A stretch of 63,564 nucleotides of DNA, counting the filler, from Salisapilia sapeloensis CBS 127946 (taxonomy: Eukaryota; Protista; Oomycota): NCBI GenBank assembly GCA_023334545.1. It is 9 parts of 9 records of this genome, joined end to end, with 100 filler letters (N's around TTAATTAATTAA, not from the genome) between each part and the next. Parts side by side here need not be neighbours in the genome. Positions count along the whole stretch, not along the records: positions 1 to 20,835 come from JAADVB010000293.1; positions 20,936 to 28,861 come from JAADVB010000503.1; 7 more parts are not named here. The stretch is one strand, 5' to 3'. Position 1 is the stretch's first letter; every line of letters begins with the position of its first letter. Position numbers and translations under genes: made by a program. A model generated the notes under the pieces. It did not search any database, was not told the origin of the DNA, and saw only the letters and a program-made list of their open reading frames with translations. Positions 10,742-23,168 of the stretch are shown here, piece after piece.

Positions 10742-13328
10742 ATGGCCTCCGAGAGCTCTCCTCTGCTTTCCAGCAGTGGACAAGCGAATCAGAATGATGC
10801 CAGAGCTGCTCGCAACCGCCGATGGAGACGTATTGCACTGCAAGCATTGATTCCACTAGCTGTCATTGCGGTGGTAGTGATCTCATGGCAAGCGCTGCTA
10901 TCGTCCAACGATTCTTCTGCCGACGAATCAGTTCCAGCTACTTCGGCACCAGAGGTCGTGCCGTCGATGGAGTCGAATAAGACGGAGGAAGATAGTGGGA
11001 AGGATGAGGAGGAAGCGAGGCTCATGACTCTCCTCCCTCCTTTCACGACCAAGCACCATGCGCTCCCCCCGAAGCTCATTAACCGCAGTGACTTTAACAC
11101 AGCCATTCCCACGAATGCCTTCTGGACAGATCTCCTCGTAGGAGACGACCATGGTCTAAACGCCGGTATGCTTCCTCCATATTCATGTGTTTATAATCAG
11201 TTCTGATAATGATATCGTAGGTGCTGGTGAGATCACACTCAGTCCGTACACGATCCGCAGTCTTCCCAAGCGTCTCGAAGTGTCCTACGGAGACTCTCGT
11301 CGAGTCGTCCGATCGACTAGTATCATCGAGTACTTTAACGTCGACATGGCCTTCACCGGTTACGCCCACAAGCCGATTGAGAACGAGACGTCTCCCGAGT
11401 TGCTCGGCGATGGCAACAGCACATCTCGTCGCGTCGTTGCGTTCGACCCGCTCTCCGTCACCGTCCAGTACTTTTTTAATGGCGAAGATCAGGGCGACGC
11501 GACGCAGTGGATGAAAGCACCTCTTATGCGCGGATCTCCCTACATCACCGTCGAGTACGAAGACCTCGTGCCTGTCGTCGAGATGAACGCATCGCTCGTG
11601 ACGGTGAACCACATTCCGATCAACACACAAGATGGGAAGCTCGTAGAACCAGTCACTTTCACGTCCTCTCGCTTCGAACTCGATGTCGAAGTGTATGGTG
11701 CAGACCAAGGCACAGCACTTCAGAAGTGGGTCTTGTACTTTGAAGAGCCTCGGACGCTGCAGTTGCAACTAGCGAACGAATTGGACTACCGCAAATACAA
11801 TCTCAAGGGCGAATTGACCATTCCAACCAACTTCCGTCTAGTCGATACGGAAGTATACACCGGCGCAGCTCGTCTCGCGATCGTTCCGACGATGGATGGT
11901 ATGGTCGAAGCTGCTGCTAGTCGTGCTCTCGACACATTCGTGAATGCTGTGCCGTACGCTTCGCACGTGAATTCCAAGGTCGAAAATGGTGTTGGGACGA
12001 TTGAGTTCTGCTGGGACACGAAGCGCTTCGGAGGGAACGGGACGCAATCCCAATCGCTGCTTATGATGGCGCAACCGCATCATGCTGCAACCTTACGTCG
12101 CTACCAGCCAGACCCGTCGTTCCAGATCCTCACGGGCTTTGGCTTCCGCACCTTGAAATCCCGCATGACACCTATCGTCGGTACGTGCTGGACGCTCGAG
12201 GAAGAGCTCCCGGATGTCGGTTTCCGTATGACGGAACCTGTTGTCGAGCTAGAGTTCTTATCGGTCATCAAGATGGCACTCGCACAAGACGCAGACTTTG
12301 AACCGTACTCGAAGGACCCATACTTCTTCGGCAAAGAGATTGGTCGTCAAGCACGACTGGTGATGATCGCCGATACGTTAGGAGAGTTAAACATTCGAGA
12401 GCGATTGCTTGATAAGCTCCAGATGTGGATCCAACCATGGCTTCTGGGCCAGAACGACAATCCGTTCGTGTATGATGAGACGTGGGGTGGTATCTGCAGT
12501 CAAAACGGATTAAAAGGTATCTTTTACATGACTGACTTTGGCAATGGATGGTACAACGACCATCATTTCCACTACGGCTACTTCATGTTCTCCGTCGCGA
12601 TCGTCGCCAAGTTCCGACCACATTTTGCTTTGACGCATAAAGCTGCGATCTTGTCGATCGTCCGAGATGTCGCGAGTATGGATGGAGATGATAGCTACTT
12701 TCCTTTCACACGTCACTTTTCATGGTTCGACGGACACTCGTTCGCGAGTGGCGTGTACACTCTGAATGGTGGCAAGTCGCAAGAAAGTGTTAGTGAAGCC
12801 ATTAACGCGTACTACGGTGTGTATTTATTGGGCAAAGCGATGGAACTATCTGAAGTCGAGCATACGGGGCATTTGCTCATGGCGATGGAGATGCGTGGTG
12901 CGAAGACGTATTGGCAGATGCCATCGACGTCAGATATCTATGAGCCGCTGTATGCTCAGAACAAGATGACGGGCCAAGTCGCGAGTACGCAAGTGCTGTA
13001 CACGACGTGGTTCGGACCACAGGCAGAGCACATTCATCTGATTAACGTCATTCCCTTCACACCTGCGACGGAAGTGTTCATCACGCCAGAGTACGTGATG
13101 GAAGAGTACCCTGTCTTAGCAGACCAAGCGCTTCATCGAGAAGAACCGGTGGATAATATCTGGCAAGGGTACATGGCGTTGGATCTAGCGATTATCAAGC
13201 CGGAGGAAGCGTGGATTGAGCTGGCGAATCTCGAGTCGTTTGACGATGGAAGCTCTCGTACGAACTCCTTGTACTGGATTGCTACTCGTCGTACGCTCAT
13301 GCATGCCAAGAAGATGGAGCAAGTGTAG
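10742..13328 (+). CDS. GH81 endo-beta-1,3-glucanase, type II membrane-anchored
   Basis: Intron at 11166-11220. PTNAFW, PLMRGSPYIT, DFGNGWYNDHHFHYGYF and QESVSEAINAYY (catalytic D and ExxxE) are present, with a TM helix near the N-terminus. Confidence 0.93.
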
Positions 13329-13380
13329 GTAGAAGCGACAGATAACGAATGGTAGTTGCTTTCAAGGGAAGGATGTTGGT

Positions 13381-14459
13381 TTATAGGAAGTAGTTGGATT
13401 CTAGGATACATTCCCATAGGCGATGGATGATCTTGTCTGGATCATGGAGATGGACGCTGTGGACGCCAGAGCTAGTGTCCAAGTCCGCGCTCTCGTCTTC
13501 CCAATAGACCGACTCGATCGGCGTCATGACCTGCACGGCATCTATCGTTTACGTTAGGATATGCAAGTAGGAAGGACGGTATCGATGGTACTTGTCGTGA
13601 AGGCAGCCTGCCACTTGTGTCTATTCGACCAACGAGGGCACTCTTCTACGACGGAAATGCTGAGCTTTTCGCATGCCTGTAGTACGAGATGTCGCATGGA
13701 ACCTAGGAGTACATCTTCCTTCGCAGTGAAGACTTGGCCGTCTTGGACGATGAAAAAGTTGGAGACAAGACCTTCGAGTAGGAATTTGTCGTTGTCGATA
13801 GCAGAGTACAAGATGACTTCACGTAAAGGAGCGACTTTTGCACTGAAGAGTGCTTTGTGCTGGTCAAGATGCTCCCGGTCCAAGATCCACTTGGTGTGTT
13901 TGCAAATGGCATTCTCCCGACCATGGCCATAGATGAGAGCATTGTCGGGAGATGGAAGTGTCTGCTTTCGTGGTGCAGTAGATGCATAGACACTGATGTT
14001 GTAAGACGCTGATGGTTGCTCTGGTGTACGCCACCATAGTGTGTACAGGATCACATCGACTTTGGAAGCCGATGGAGTGATACCATGCTGCTCATAGCTC
14101 TCAAGAAGGCGAGAGCAGAGTGAATGAGTGGCATGCTGTAATCCATGCAATAGATTTTGCTTCACATTTTCATCTACATCCACTCGATCATGTTGCAAGA
14201 CAGTTTCGAGGCCAGTGGCTAAGCGATTCCATTGAAAGTCAGAGCCTATGATGGCGTATTGCGTCGCTGATGGCACTCCGCTTGCTCGAATGACCGAGTA
14301 GACACCAGTCGGTCGTTGCATCATATACTCTTTTCCATTATTTGCTCCAATACCCTCCGTAGCAATCGGACATTCATGCAAAAGCTTCGATATATCAGCA
14401 CTATCGTTAGCAGAGGTACCAGTGACACCGATGACTTGGACTGCTCGTGCATCCGCCAT
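13381..14459 (-). CDS. Class IV (D-amino acid/BCAT/ADC lyase-like) PLP aminotransferase-family protein
   Basis: RENAICKHTKW (candidate PLP Lys), LLEGLVSNFF, VLLGSMR and, after an intron near 13550-13603, AFTTNAVQVMTPIESV. Confidence 0.8.
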
Positions 14460-14588
14460 TGCGACGATTTGTTGTCCAATTTGACGTTTGCTTGCGTTTA
14501 AAATGTAAGGTTTGCACTTTTTGTAGCGTGCGATTGGATGAATTAGCACTCCATTCCGGAGGTCCCCACCGCACAAATCGAAAACGAG

Positions 14589-14997
14589 ATGCTACGCCGA
14601 GCTACTCTAGCTACGCAACGGACGCTCGCAACGGCGATCCGTGCGCCTGCGACTCGACGCACAGGTGCAGTCCAGGCCCGTGCTGCCTTCTCCACCATCT
14701 ATGATGACATGATCCCCTACTCGGTACGTCCTGCCGTATTGAGCAAGCATTTGCATCGAAACTTATTGTATTGCGTAGGAAACGAATCGTCACCGTAGCG
14801 ATGCAGAGGAACGTATTGCCAAGGTTCCGATCGTGGAAGTCGCTGGCGACGTAGCTACTTGCGATGGTGGCGGAGGTGCGCTCGGTCACCCGCTCGAATT
14901 CATCCAGCTCGACACGGTGGAGCACAACAAACCCCAGACGTGCAAGTACTGTGGTCTCCGTTTTAAGCGCCAGGAAGGACACCACGGCGGACACTAA
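14589..14997 (+). CDS. NDUFS6: NADH:ubiquinone oxidoreductase 13 kDa-A subunit (zf-CHCC)
   Basis: Arg/Ala-rich mitochondrial presequence; intron at 14724-14778; IAKVPIVEV...CDGGGGALGHPLEFIQL...CKYCGLRF. Confidence 0.93.
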
Positions 14998-15084
14998 AGC
15001 ATCATGAATACAATGTCCTTGTCCCTTTCGACCTTGGTCTCTCTTGCATACAAACTTTAAGTATTTTTCAGTGGCCAATAAACC

Positions 15085-16706
15085 ATGACAAGTAACAAGC
15101 GCCATCACGAGGATGCGAATCAGACCTCTTCTACAGCTCCTGTAGCAAAGAAGAGCAAGTCAAAGTCTACTGTCGATCCAGATAAGGAACTGCAGGACAT
15201 TAATGCACTATTGCAGAGCGAAGAAACATCGCAAAAACGTATTTTTATGCTTGTTTGGTAGCCCGTTATTGACACTTGTGCTGATAGAAGCGATACTAGA
15301 GACTTGGCAGATCGGGAAGCGACTAAAAAAGCTTCTGGATAGCGTCGACCCAGCTCTAACATCGTCTCAGTCGATGGATGCATTGTTCCTATGGGGCACG
15401 GCGCTGTCTCGACTCGGCACCGAGACGGAGGATGATGCGATGGCTGCTGCTGCTGTTGACAAATTCGAAGAGATTGCTCGAATAGCTGGACAGGAGAATG
15501 ACGTGGATGAAGCGTTGGGTCCAGTCGGGTACTCTCTCTGGGCCTCTTCACTGCTCTTAATTGCCACAGAGCAGCAGAAGAGAGATGTATTGGACCAAGC
15601 TCTTGTTAAATTCAAAGTACTACCTCCCTTCTTCTTGTATCAGTACAATCAACTTATACCAGAGATAGCAAGCGGTGGAAGTGGATGCAGGTACGACTTT
15701 TGAAACGAATTTCCAGTTTGCAAAAGCCTTGAAAGAAGGTGGTGATCTCGTCCAACACCTCGAACCGGATGCCACGAGCTATCGGACATACTACGAAAAG
15801 GTATTTTAACCAAAAAAACTTGTGCTATCGATATTCATACTGTGTTGCAGGCACTTGTAGTGTGCAAGAAGCTAGAGGAGATTTACGAGAGTGAGGTGAA
15901 CAAAGAGACACAGAGTGACAAGGGAAGTGGATCCGAGGCAGAGGACGAGCGTGATATCGTCGAAACGGAAGACTATGGGGAAGTCAAGCTATTGGAAGCA
16001 GTGGTGACTGCTGCTTTAGAAACCGATGCGAGCACGAAGTCTGATATGAACCATACTTTATCTTTATATCGTCAAGCACTGGAGATCCAGCCTCAGAATG
16101 GAAATGTTGTTATGGAAATGGGTAGCTACATCTCTCGTAAAGCTTTGGAAGAGAATGCGAAACTAGACCAAGTCGACTGGACAGCTATTCGACAAGAGAT
16201 TGAAGATCTGCATGTGAAGCTACTAGGAGAAGCAGACTTCGATATGTCACATTGTCAAGAAATTTGTCGTCGAAAGGACGAGGTCGAAGAAGATGAAGAA
16301 GTGGAGGAGATTGTACCTCACCTATTGCATTCACTAGGACGGACGCTCGCTGCGTTTGTCCGAGCTTCAAAGTACAAAGAAGGATGTGAATATACTGTCC
16401 AAGTATTGCGATCAGCTCACCACTACCACGATAAGCTTGGATGTTATCCCTTAGCCACGCTCTACGCCTCCATTCCCGATGAGGAGGTGCGTTTCCATAT
16501 TGAGTTAATTTGTTTTTAAATAGCATTAACGTTGATGACAGGCAACGCAGGTGTGGTTGGCTACGGCTGATAGCTATGGTGTGTTGGAGGATGATTTTGA
16601 TGAGAAAGACTTTCCGCTAGTAAAGGAAGAACCTTGGTTCCAAAAGTATCTCCAAGAGGAGGAACTCGTAGCATTAGATGATGAGGAAGAAACTAAAGCT
16701 GAATAG
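15085..16706 (+). CDS. Hypothetical acidic alpha-helical (TPR-like) protein, multi-exon
   Basis: ATG at 15085. Successive ORF blocks are linked by GT-AG introns, with a basic NLS-like N-terminus and TPR-like segments (LFLWGTALSRLG; LYRQALEIQPQNG). Confidence 0.6.
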
Positions 16707-17210
16707 AGAAATGCCAAGAGTATGTTTTCTATTCAACGTTATATTCCATAGCTCTTTTGTATTCGCACGGAGAATGCTCATCCAGAACTATGAGCATCCT
16801 ATGTAGAGGTGTCACCGGCTGATATTTAGGAGGTAAGGAGACTGCAAGTGTTCTTGCAGCACCAGAGCCATGAAACCAAACTTTATAAATGTACTACCTC
16901 TATGTGAAATACTAAAGAAGGAGATCATATTAGAATCAGGTAGCTCTCTTGCACATCACGCGCCAAGCTATCATCCACAACGAGCATGAGCAGCACACTG
17001 CTTTAAAGTGTCTTGATTACTTTGGTCATACAGTTCAGGTTCGTGAGTGCATAGATGTTATTCACCAACAACGAAATGCCTCTCAATTCTTTTATTTCAT
17101 ATATATTGCTTACTTGCAACTTATAAAGGGCTACCTCTTTTTATCAGCGAGTGTCCGTGGTATTGCATGGCTATACGATACGCTGTATTTGCTCAGTTGA
17201 AATGATAACT

Positions 17211-19833
17211 TCATTTGCGAGCATTACGGCGCTTCAGAATATCAAGAGCTTCATAGAATCCTGACACATCCTCATCTACAGAGCTACAAGCAAGACTTAG
17301 CATAAGTCTTTGTCTATACTCAATCTGTCAATGAAAGATACCTTGTTGTAGTCGATGATGAAGCAACTGAACTTCTGACGCTCTTCGATTTGCTTTTTTG
17401 AGTGTCAAAGTCTTTGGAGCTTCGAACATGACCATCTGCAGCTTTAGATCTTGCGCTCATGGGCGACTCTGGACGCCGAGGTGACTGAGTTCGCTCTAAA
17501 CTTCGACCTTTAGCTTCATGGACCCTTTTGTCAGTCGTATCGGTCTCCTTTTCGTTATTATTACTTCCTCGCACTTGCTCCTGGCTTTTTGACGACGATA
17601 AGAGTGATTGAGCTAGAAGTACTCCTTTACCCTGTTGCTGATACCACATGTCAAAGTCCTTTTGAAGCTTCAGTCGACTCATCTCAAGCATCTTCTGAAT
17701 GTGTTGTATCTCTTTCTTAAGCTCACTCAATTCATGGAAGCCCTTCTTATATGTAGCTTTATAGCTTTCGATCTGCTCTTTCAGATCTTCCTCTTGTCTT
17801 TGCAAGTCACCATCTAGCTTGTGTTCCTCATCTTGACCTTTTTCCTCATTTTCGACTAGACCTTCGCTTACCATCGCTTGCTGCTTGCGTACCTTTTCCA
17901 TTTGCGCCGTCAATTGCTTAATTTGTTGTCTTGCTTCATTGACGCTAGTTGCCAAGCTCTTTGCAGCATCGTACTTTTGTTTCAAAGTGCGTTTATTCTC
18001 CTGAATGACGTCGTTTTTCGGGTACCTAGCTTTGAACGCATCCAAAGCTTTCATCGGATCCTCCAATACGGACTTTTCAACCTGAAACTCAGATATGTAG
18101 GCTCCAACCGGGTCTAAGGGCTTCCGTGCCTTTAGATCATTTGCTATGTCTAGTTGATTGCCACTGGGTGGCTTTGCAAATGTCTTGGTGCTGGATGCGA
18201 TGGACGCTACATCCGGTAACTTGGCGCCATGAGCTTTGGCATCTTGAATCATTTTAACCATGATTGCAATTTCGTTATCTCGCTGTTGGACTAGCTGCTC
18301 AAGCTCGGACTCGCGTTCACTATTTGCCTGGTTTTCTCCTGTAAAACCGGTGGAACGACCAACGCTTTGTCCACTTTGATTGCTTTGTTGACAAAGTTCC
18401 TTAAAGATAGCAAAGCATGTTTTCATTTTCGCATAAGTGAATTCACCCATGGACATGTGTGCATGTGGATCGGCATCATCAATATAGTTTTGGCAACGTT
18501 GGCGGAGTTTCTCAATCTCATAGTCTTTCAATTCGCTGCCTTCATCGACATCACCCTTTAGAATTGCTAGTTCTTCCTCCAGGCTTGCAACGCGAGCTTT
18601 TAGCTGCCGAATAATGACGGCCGGGTCTACTTCTTCGTTTAAGTGAGCATCGTTCTGGACTCGAGCAACTCGTTGCGCAAAGCGACAAGTGGAGACTGAT
18701 TCCTAACATGTACATTATTTAGTTCGAAAAATCACTACGAAATTTAGAAAGCGTACGTCCGTTTGTTCCGATTCAGCACTGACGGTGGCAACCATCGCGG
18801 TTTTACAGTTACCACCAAGACTATCTCGAAGCACTGAAGTCAGCATAGAGTTTCGATACGGAATATGTACTCGTCCTTTGGTTCGTCGTTCATGTAGAGC
18901 TACAATGACCATCTCAAGATAGTGCAAACTAATGTTGATGTAGGATGCTTCTTTCAACACTTGCCCTTTTGCTCCTGTCTTGTGTGCTCTCTCTGATCCA
19001 GCTAGATCGACAAGATGAAGCTTTGACCGTAACACGATTTCGCTTCCTGCTCGTCGACTCTCTAGTGACACTGTAAATACACAGTGGGAACGAGATGATG
19101 TCAAGTTCATTGCCGTCTCACTGACGGCTCGATTTGTATCTCCGAGAAACAATAAGTTCAAAGCTTCTTCTTCAGAGTGGACGAGGTGCATGGACAAGTT
19201 ACGAAGGTGACAATTTCCGTCTTCATCTTCGAGCATCGATACTTTCGGCAGATCTTCCAAACTCTTAGTACTTTCATGATTCGGATCGAGCAAGTCATAG
19301 CCTTGGTTATTGTAAATTTCCAAGTACGAGATGTGGACAATCAGTTGATTCGACGGGTTCCTTTTCATTTCTTCAAATACATAAGACAGTGCTCGAGGAA
19401 TTAAACCTCGATCTTCGTAGCGTTCAGCTCCACCGGTAATAGTGAATGTTTTACCAGAACCAGTTTGGCCGTACGCAAACACGGTCGAGTTAAATCCACG
19501 TAGTGCGTTATCGACACAGGGTTTGCCAACGCGATCGAAAACTTCCTCTTGTTTTGACTCCATGCCGATTACAGCATCGAAGCGGAACTTGTAGTTCGTC
19601 CGAGTGTTATTGATAAGGCCACCAGCGACATCACGTGGAATATTGTATTCCATGATGGAAGTATCATCGTCCCAGTTGAAGAAACCGGATGCTTTCCTTG
19701 TTGGCTTCACTCGGAGAAAAATACGGACATTGGTATCTGGGTCTGCTTGTGAACTATGCTCGTCTGCTGTCACAGTGGAAGCCGTCTCATCATCATCATC
19801 ATCCATCTTCAGATTAGCCTCTTTATCAGCCAT
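17211..19833 (-). CDS. KIF6: Kinesin-9 family motor (KIF6/KIF9-like)
   Basis: RIFLRVKP, FAYGQTGSGKTFT, SSRSHCVF and LHLVDLAGSER are present. An intron near 18703-18756 leads to ESVSTCRFAQRVA, then coiled coil and a last exon DEDVSGFYEAL. KIF6 versus KIF9 is tentative. Confidence 0.85.
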
Positions 19834-20193
19834 TTCTAGTTCACCTTGTGCCAGCACGCCGACTACGAATAAACCTAAGCAAGTGACCACGAAGAGGCAC
19901 AACGATCCTCTCTGCGACCCTTCAAGTGACGTTGATATAAGCAAATGGATTTGGATAAAATTGAAGCTAACAATGGAAACTTGGACATGCTTATGGAAAC
20001 TCAAACAGTCTGTAATGCAGCTAGCTTTGTTTCAACTTAAGGAAACAAAGGAAGAAAAGGATGTGAATATGTTGGAATTCTGCTATGTTGAGCATCATCT
20101 TCAATGCATTCATCTAAAAATAGCTCGAAATGTCTGCGCTAATCGCCGAGAGGAATCGATAGCGACTCAATATTTGTGCGATCACACATAAGA

Positions 20194-20835
20194 ATGCCAC
20201 TAAAGTCATGCTTGCTGCTGGGATTAGATGGAGCTGGAAAGACACTGTTACTGCGTCAGCTCCAAGCAAGATTAGCTCGCTCCCATCACACGCCTTCGGA
20301 TCGTGCGATCAACTTTTTGCGCACAGGATCCTGCTTGATGCCATTGTCTGTCCGCGACAACCAGTCTGATCATGACGGCGTCTTGGTAAATCCTGAAACA
20401 CAGCCTACTATCGGTGTTGAGCATACTCAGCTACAAGTCGACGTAAAAGTCCTATCTGTGTGTGAAATTGGCGGACAACTAATACCGATGTGGCCAGCGT
20501 ATTTCAGCACATGTGATTTTTGGATCTACCTAGTGGATGTGTCAAGTCCAGCACAAGTGATCGGTGCGGCAGTAGAGCTATTTAACATCCTACGTGTGGA
20601 GCCAATGCGTCGGAAGCCAACGTTGGTAATCCTTAATAAAATGGATCACCCGTCCGCAATGGATGACGATACGTTGCAATCGTACTTGGCTTTGGATGAG
20701 CTGATCGAACATGACGGTGGTGGGGTGTTCACGGTGGTGAAGGTGAGCGCTCGGACCGGCAGGAACGTGGACACGGTGGTGCGGTGGCTGGCGCAGCGGT
20801 GGTCGAGCAGCACGTCGGTCGCATTGACGAGCCGA
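20194..20835 (+). CDS. ARL16: ADP-ribosylation factor-like 16, 3' end runs into a gap
   Basis: SCLLLGLDGAGKTLLLRQL, QPTIGV, EIGGQLIPMWPAYFSTC (ELGG-type switch II characteristic of ARL16) and LNKMD. Confidence 0.8.
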
Positions 20836-20935
20836 NNNNNNNNNNNNNNNNNNNNNNNNNNNNNNNNNNNNNNNNNNNNTTAATTAATTAANNNNNNNNN
20901 NNNNNNNNNNNNNNNNNNNNNNNNNNNNNNNNNNN
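20836..20935. other. Artificial contig-join spacer (44 N + TTAATTAATTAA + 44 N); repeated at 28862-28961, 34894-34993, 42083-42182, 43882-43981, 45994-46093, 48573-48672 and 62402-62501
   Basis: Eight identical 100-nt spacers; the 12-mer places stops in all six frames. Confidence 0.98.
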
Positions 20936-22367
20936 ACAGATGCTGCACAAAGCCATCGATATGAAGAACATGCAGATCGCTACAACGCTGCTGGAGAGAG
21001 GTGTCAGTGTAAACGCGGTGGATGACCTCTCGTCGGATGGAACAGGAGAAACGCCACTTGAACGTGCCTGTCGACTAGGCCTCGCAGAATTCATCGTCTT
21101 ATTACTCGACCATAGTGCCGATACTGCACCAAAAAAGAACACTTCGCCTCTTCCTGTGCTGGTAATTTTAGTCAAGGCCGGTAATTCTGCAAGCTTAAGA
21201 AGGCTGATAAAACACAATCTCTCCCTGGATGTCATAGACGAACGGGGTCGGACAGCACTGCACTATGCGTGTGAGCTCGGGTTTTCAGATATTGCATTGA
21301 TCCTGTTGGATGCTGGGGCATCGCCAAATTTGGAAGACTATGCAGGAGAAACTCCACTATCTTTGGCCTTGAAAAGGAGTCAGATTGAAATCCAGACACT
21401 TTTAACAAATCATCCATTGGTCGATCAGAAAGACTTGAGGGAGATCCGACGTCCTTGCTGGTGGCTGGATGGAGAGCGTATAGCGATGGAAAAACAGCCA
21501 TTTGCGACAAACGGAAGCTTTGGAGCTGCTCATTTTGGTAAATGGAAAGGTATCGATGTTGTCGTAAAAGTTTTAAAGACCGATACGAATGACAACCGGG
21601 ATAAACTTGCCCACAGTTTCCACCACGAAATTCGAGTATGGAATGGACTTCAGCATGAGAATGTGATTCGACTGCATGGTTTCTGTGAGCTACCGGCAGG
21701 AAATACCTTCCTTTTTGTGTGCGAGAAGGCTGATAAAGGAGATTTGTCGAGATACCTCCAGGAGAGGAAGGAGATGCCCATGTCTTTACTTTGGAAATTA
21801 CTTAAGGAGACTGCTCAAGGCCTCAAGTTTCTGCATAACAGAAAAGTGGTGCATGGAGATCTAAAGTGCAACAATGTCCTCGTCAGCGGTGAGAAATGCA
21901 CAGCAAAAGTGGCAGACTTTGGTCTAGGCGCCACCCGGGGTGTTATTGAATCCCAGAACATTGCTTCTCATACTGGTGCGATACAGTGGGTCGCGCCAGA
22001 GTGTCTGAAAGGACATCCTACATCTTTTGAATCGGACGTGTACTCTCTCGGCATGTGTGTACTTGAGGCTAATAGTGGGAGAACGCCTTGGGGTTGGCTT
22101 AGTGGGCCTGCTGTCAAGAAGCATGTACTAGAAGGAAAACAGCCAGACAGAAGTGAACATGAAAGTGTTCCTGACGAGGTTTGGAATCTAGTTCAGCGCA
22201 TGTGTGCATTTAATCCAGCAGACAGACCAAAGCTTGATGAGGTAATTAGCACTTTGGCTGAATTGGAAGGTTCAGACAAAAGGATGTTATCTTCTCTTCA
22301 GCGTGATGAAGTGGACTGTGGCTTCTCTATCAGCTTGCGATTTACAGACCAAATAGTTGAATCCTAG
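20936..22367 (+). CDS. Ankyrin-repeat TKL protein kinase (non-RD), 5'-truncated by gap
   Basis: At least four ankyrin repeats (GETPLERAC, GRTALHYAC, GETPLSLA) precede a kinase with VVVK, HEI, HGDLKCNN, DFG and WVAPE. Confidence 0.92.
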
Positions 22368-23168
22368 ATTTACTACTAAATCAAATTTGTCTGCGATTTC
22401 TTCTTTCCGCTGATCCTTAAAAAGAGAGCGCACATTGTTATAGTTCCATGTCTACCTCAAGCTCTAGCGAGATGACTGACTTGGTACGCCTACGAGCGCA
22501 AAGACCAATTCCAAGGAGGATATTTTGAGAGGCTTTCACTTAGCAGTGTGATCGCTTTCTAGAGCGACGAACGGGATAACACGTATGGAATGACGTCTAC
22601 CACGACTGTCTTTTGAAGGAATCACGCTATTAAGTGAAAAGCTAGCGGAATGTAGGCAAGCGAATGCAGTTGTGAAGATCTCTTAGCATGCTTAACTGCA
22701 TTTATGAATCCTTGAGAATAAAGAGTGCTCTAAAGCTCACGTTGTAACGCATAGGTTTGCATCTGTTTGGTGTTTCATCAATTCAAACTTCAGTTACGAT
22801 TGGTAAAATGGGCTTTTGACCCTAGACGAAGGTTTGCAATACTTTGGAAAGAGCGATGGATAGAAGAGATAAATACCACTTTCTATTTCGTGCCTACCTA
22901 GTGCATAAATTTACATCGTCTTGCAGGCAAGCATGACCGTATTATTGGTACTACATTTGATGAGCTCATCAACCTTTCGTAAGCTTTCCTTTCCACGTCA
23001 AATACTCGATTACAGCAGCAAGTTTCAGTATTATTCAACTCAACAAACAGGCAGTAAATGTTCTCTTACTCGATCCATGCGTTTGACTTTAAATGTCATT
23101 TTATTGAAATGAAGCAATACAAGCACATCTTTCCTTCTCTTCAACTGCTACCGTAGTCGCGTCGTGCA

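Noticed and set aside
19604-20191. Long antisense ORFs (also 46934-47686, 11094-11768, 829-1236)
   Set aside because: They shadow well-supported genes on the other strand and have no motifs of their own.
20700-20835. Abrupt GC rise at the 3' end of ARL16
   Set aside because: The frame continues with sensible ARF-family sequence. GC-rich DNA at a contig edge more likely explains the break than indicates foreign DNA.
20880-20891. Palindromic TTAATTAATTAA repeated eight times, and ORFs ending in X...LIN
   Set aside because: Artificial six-frame-stop linker between contigs. Gene neighbourhoods across these gaps were not interpreted.
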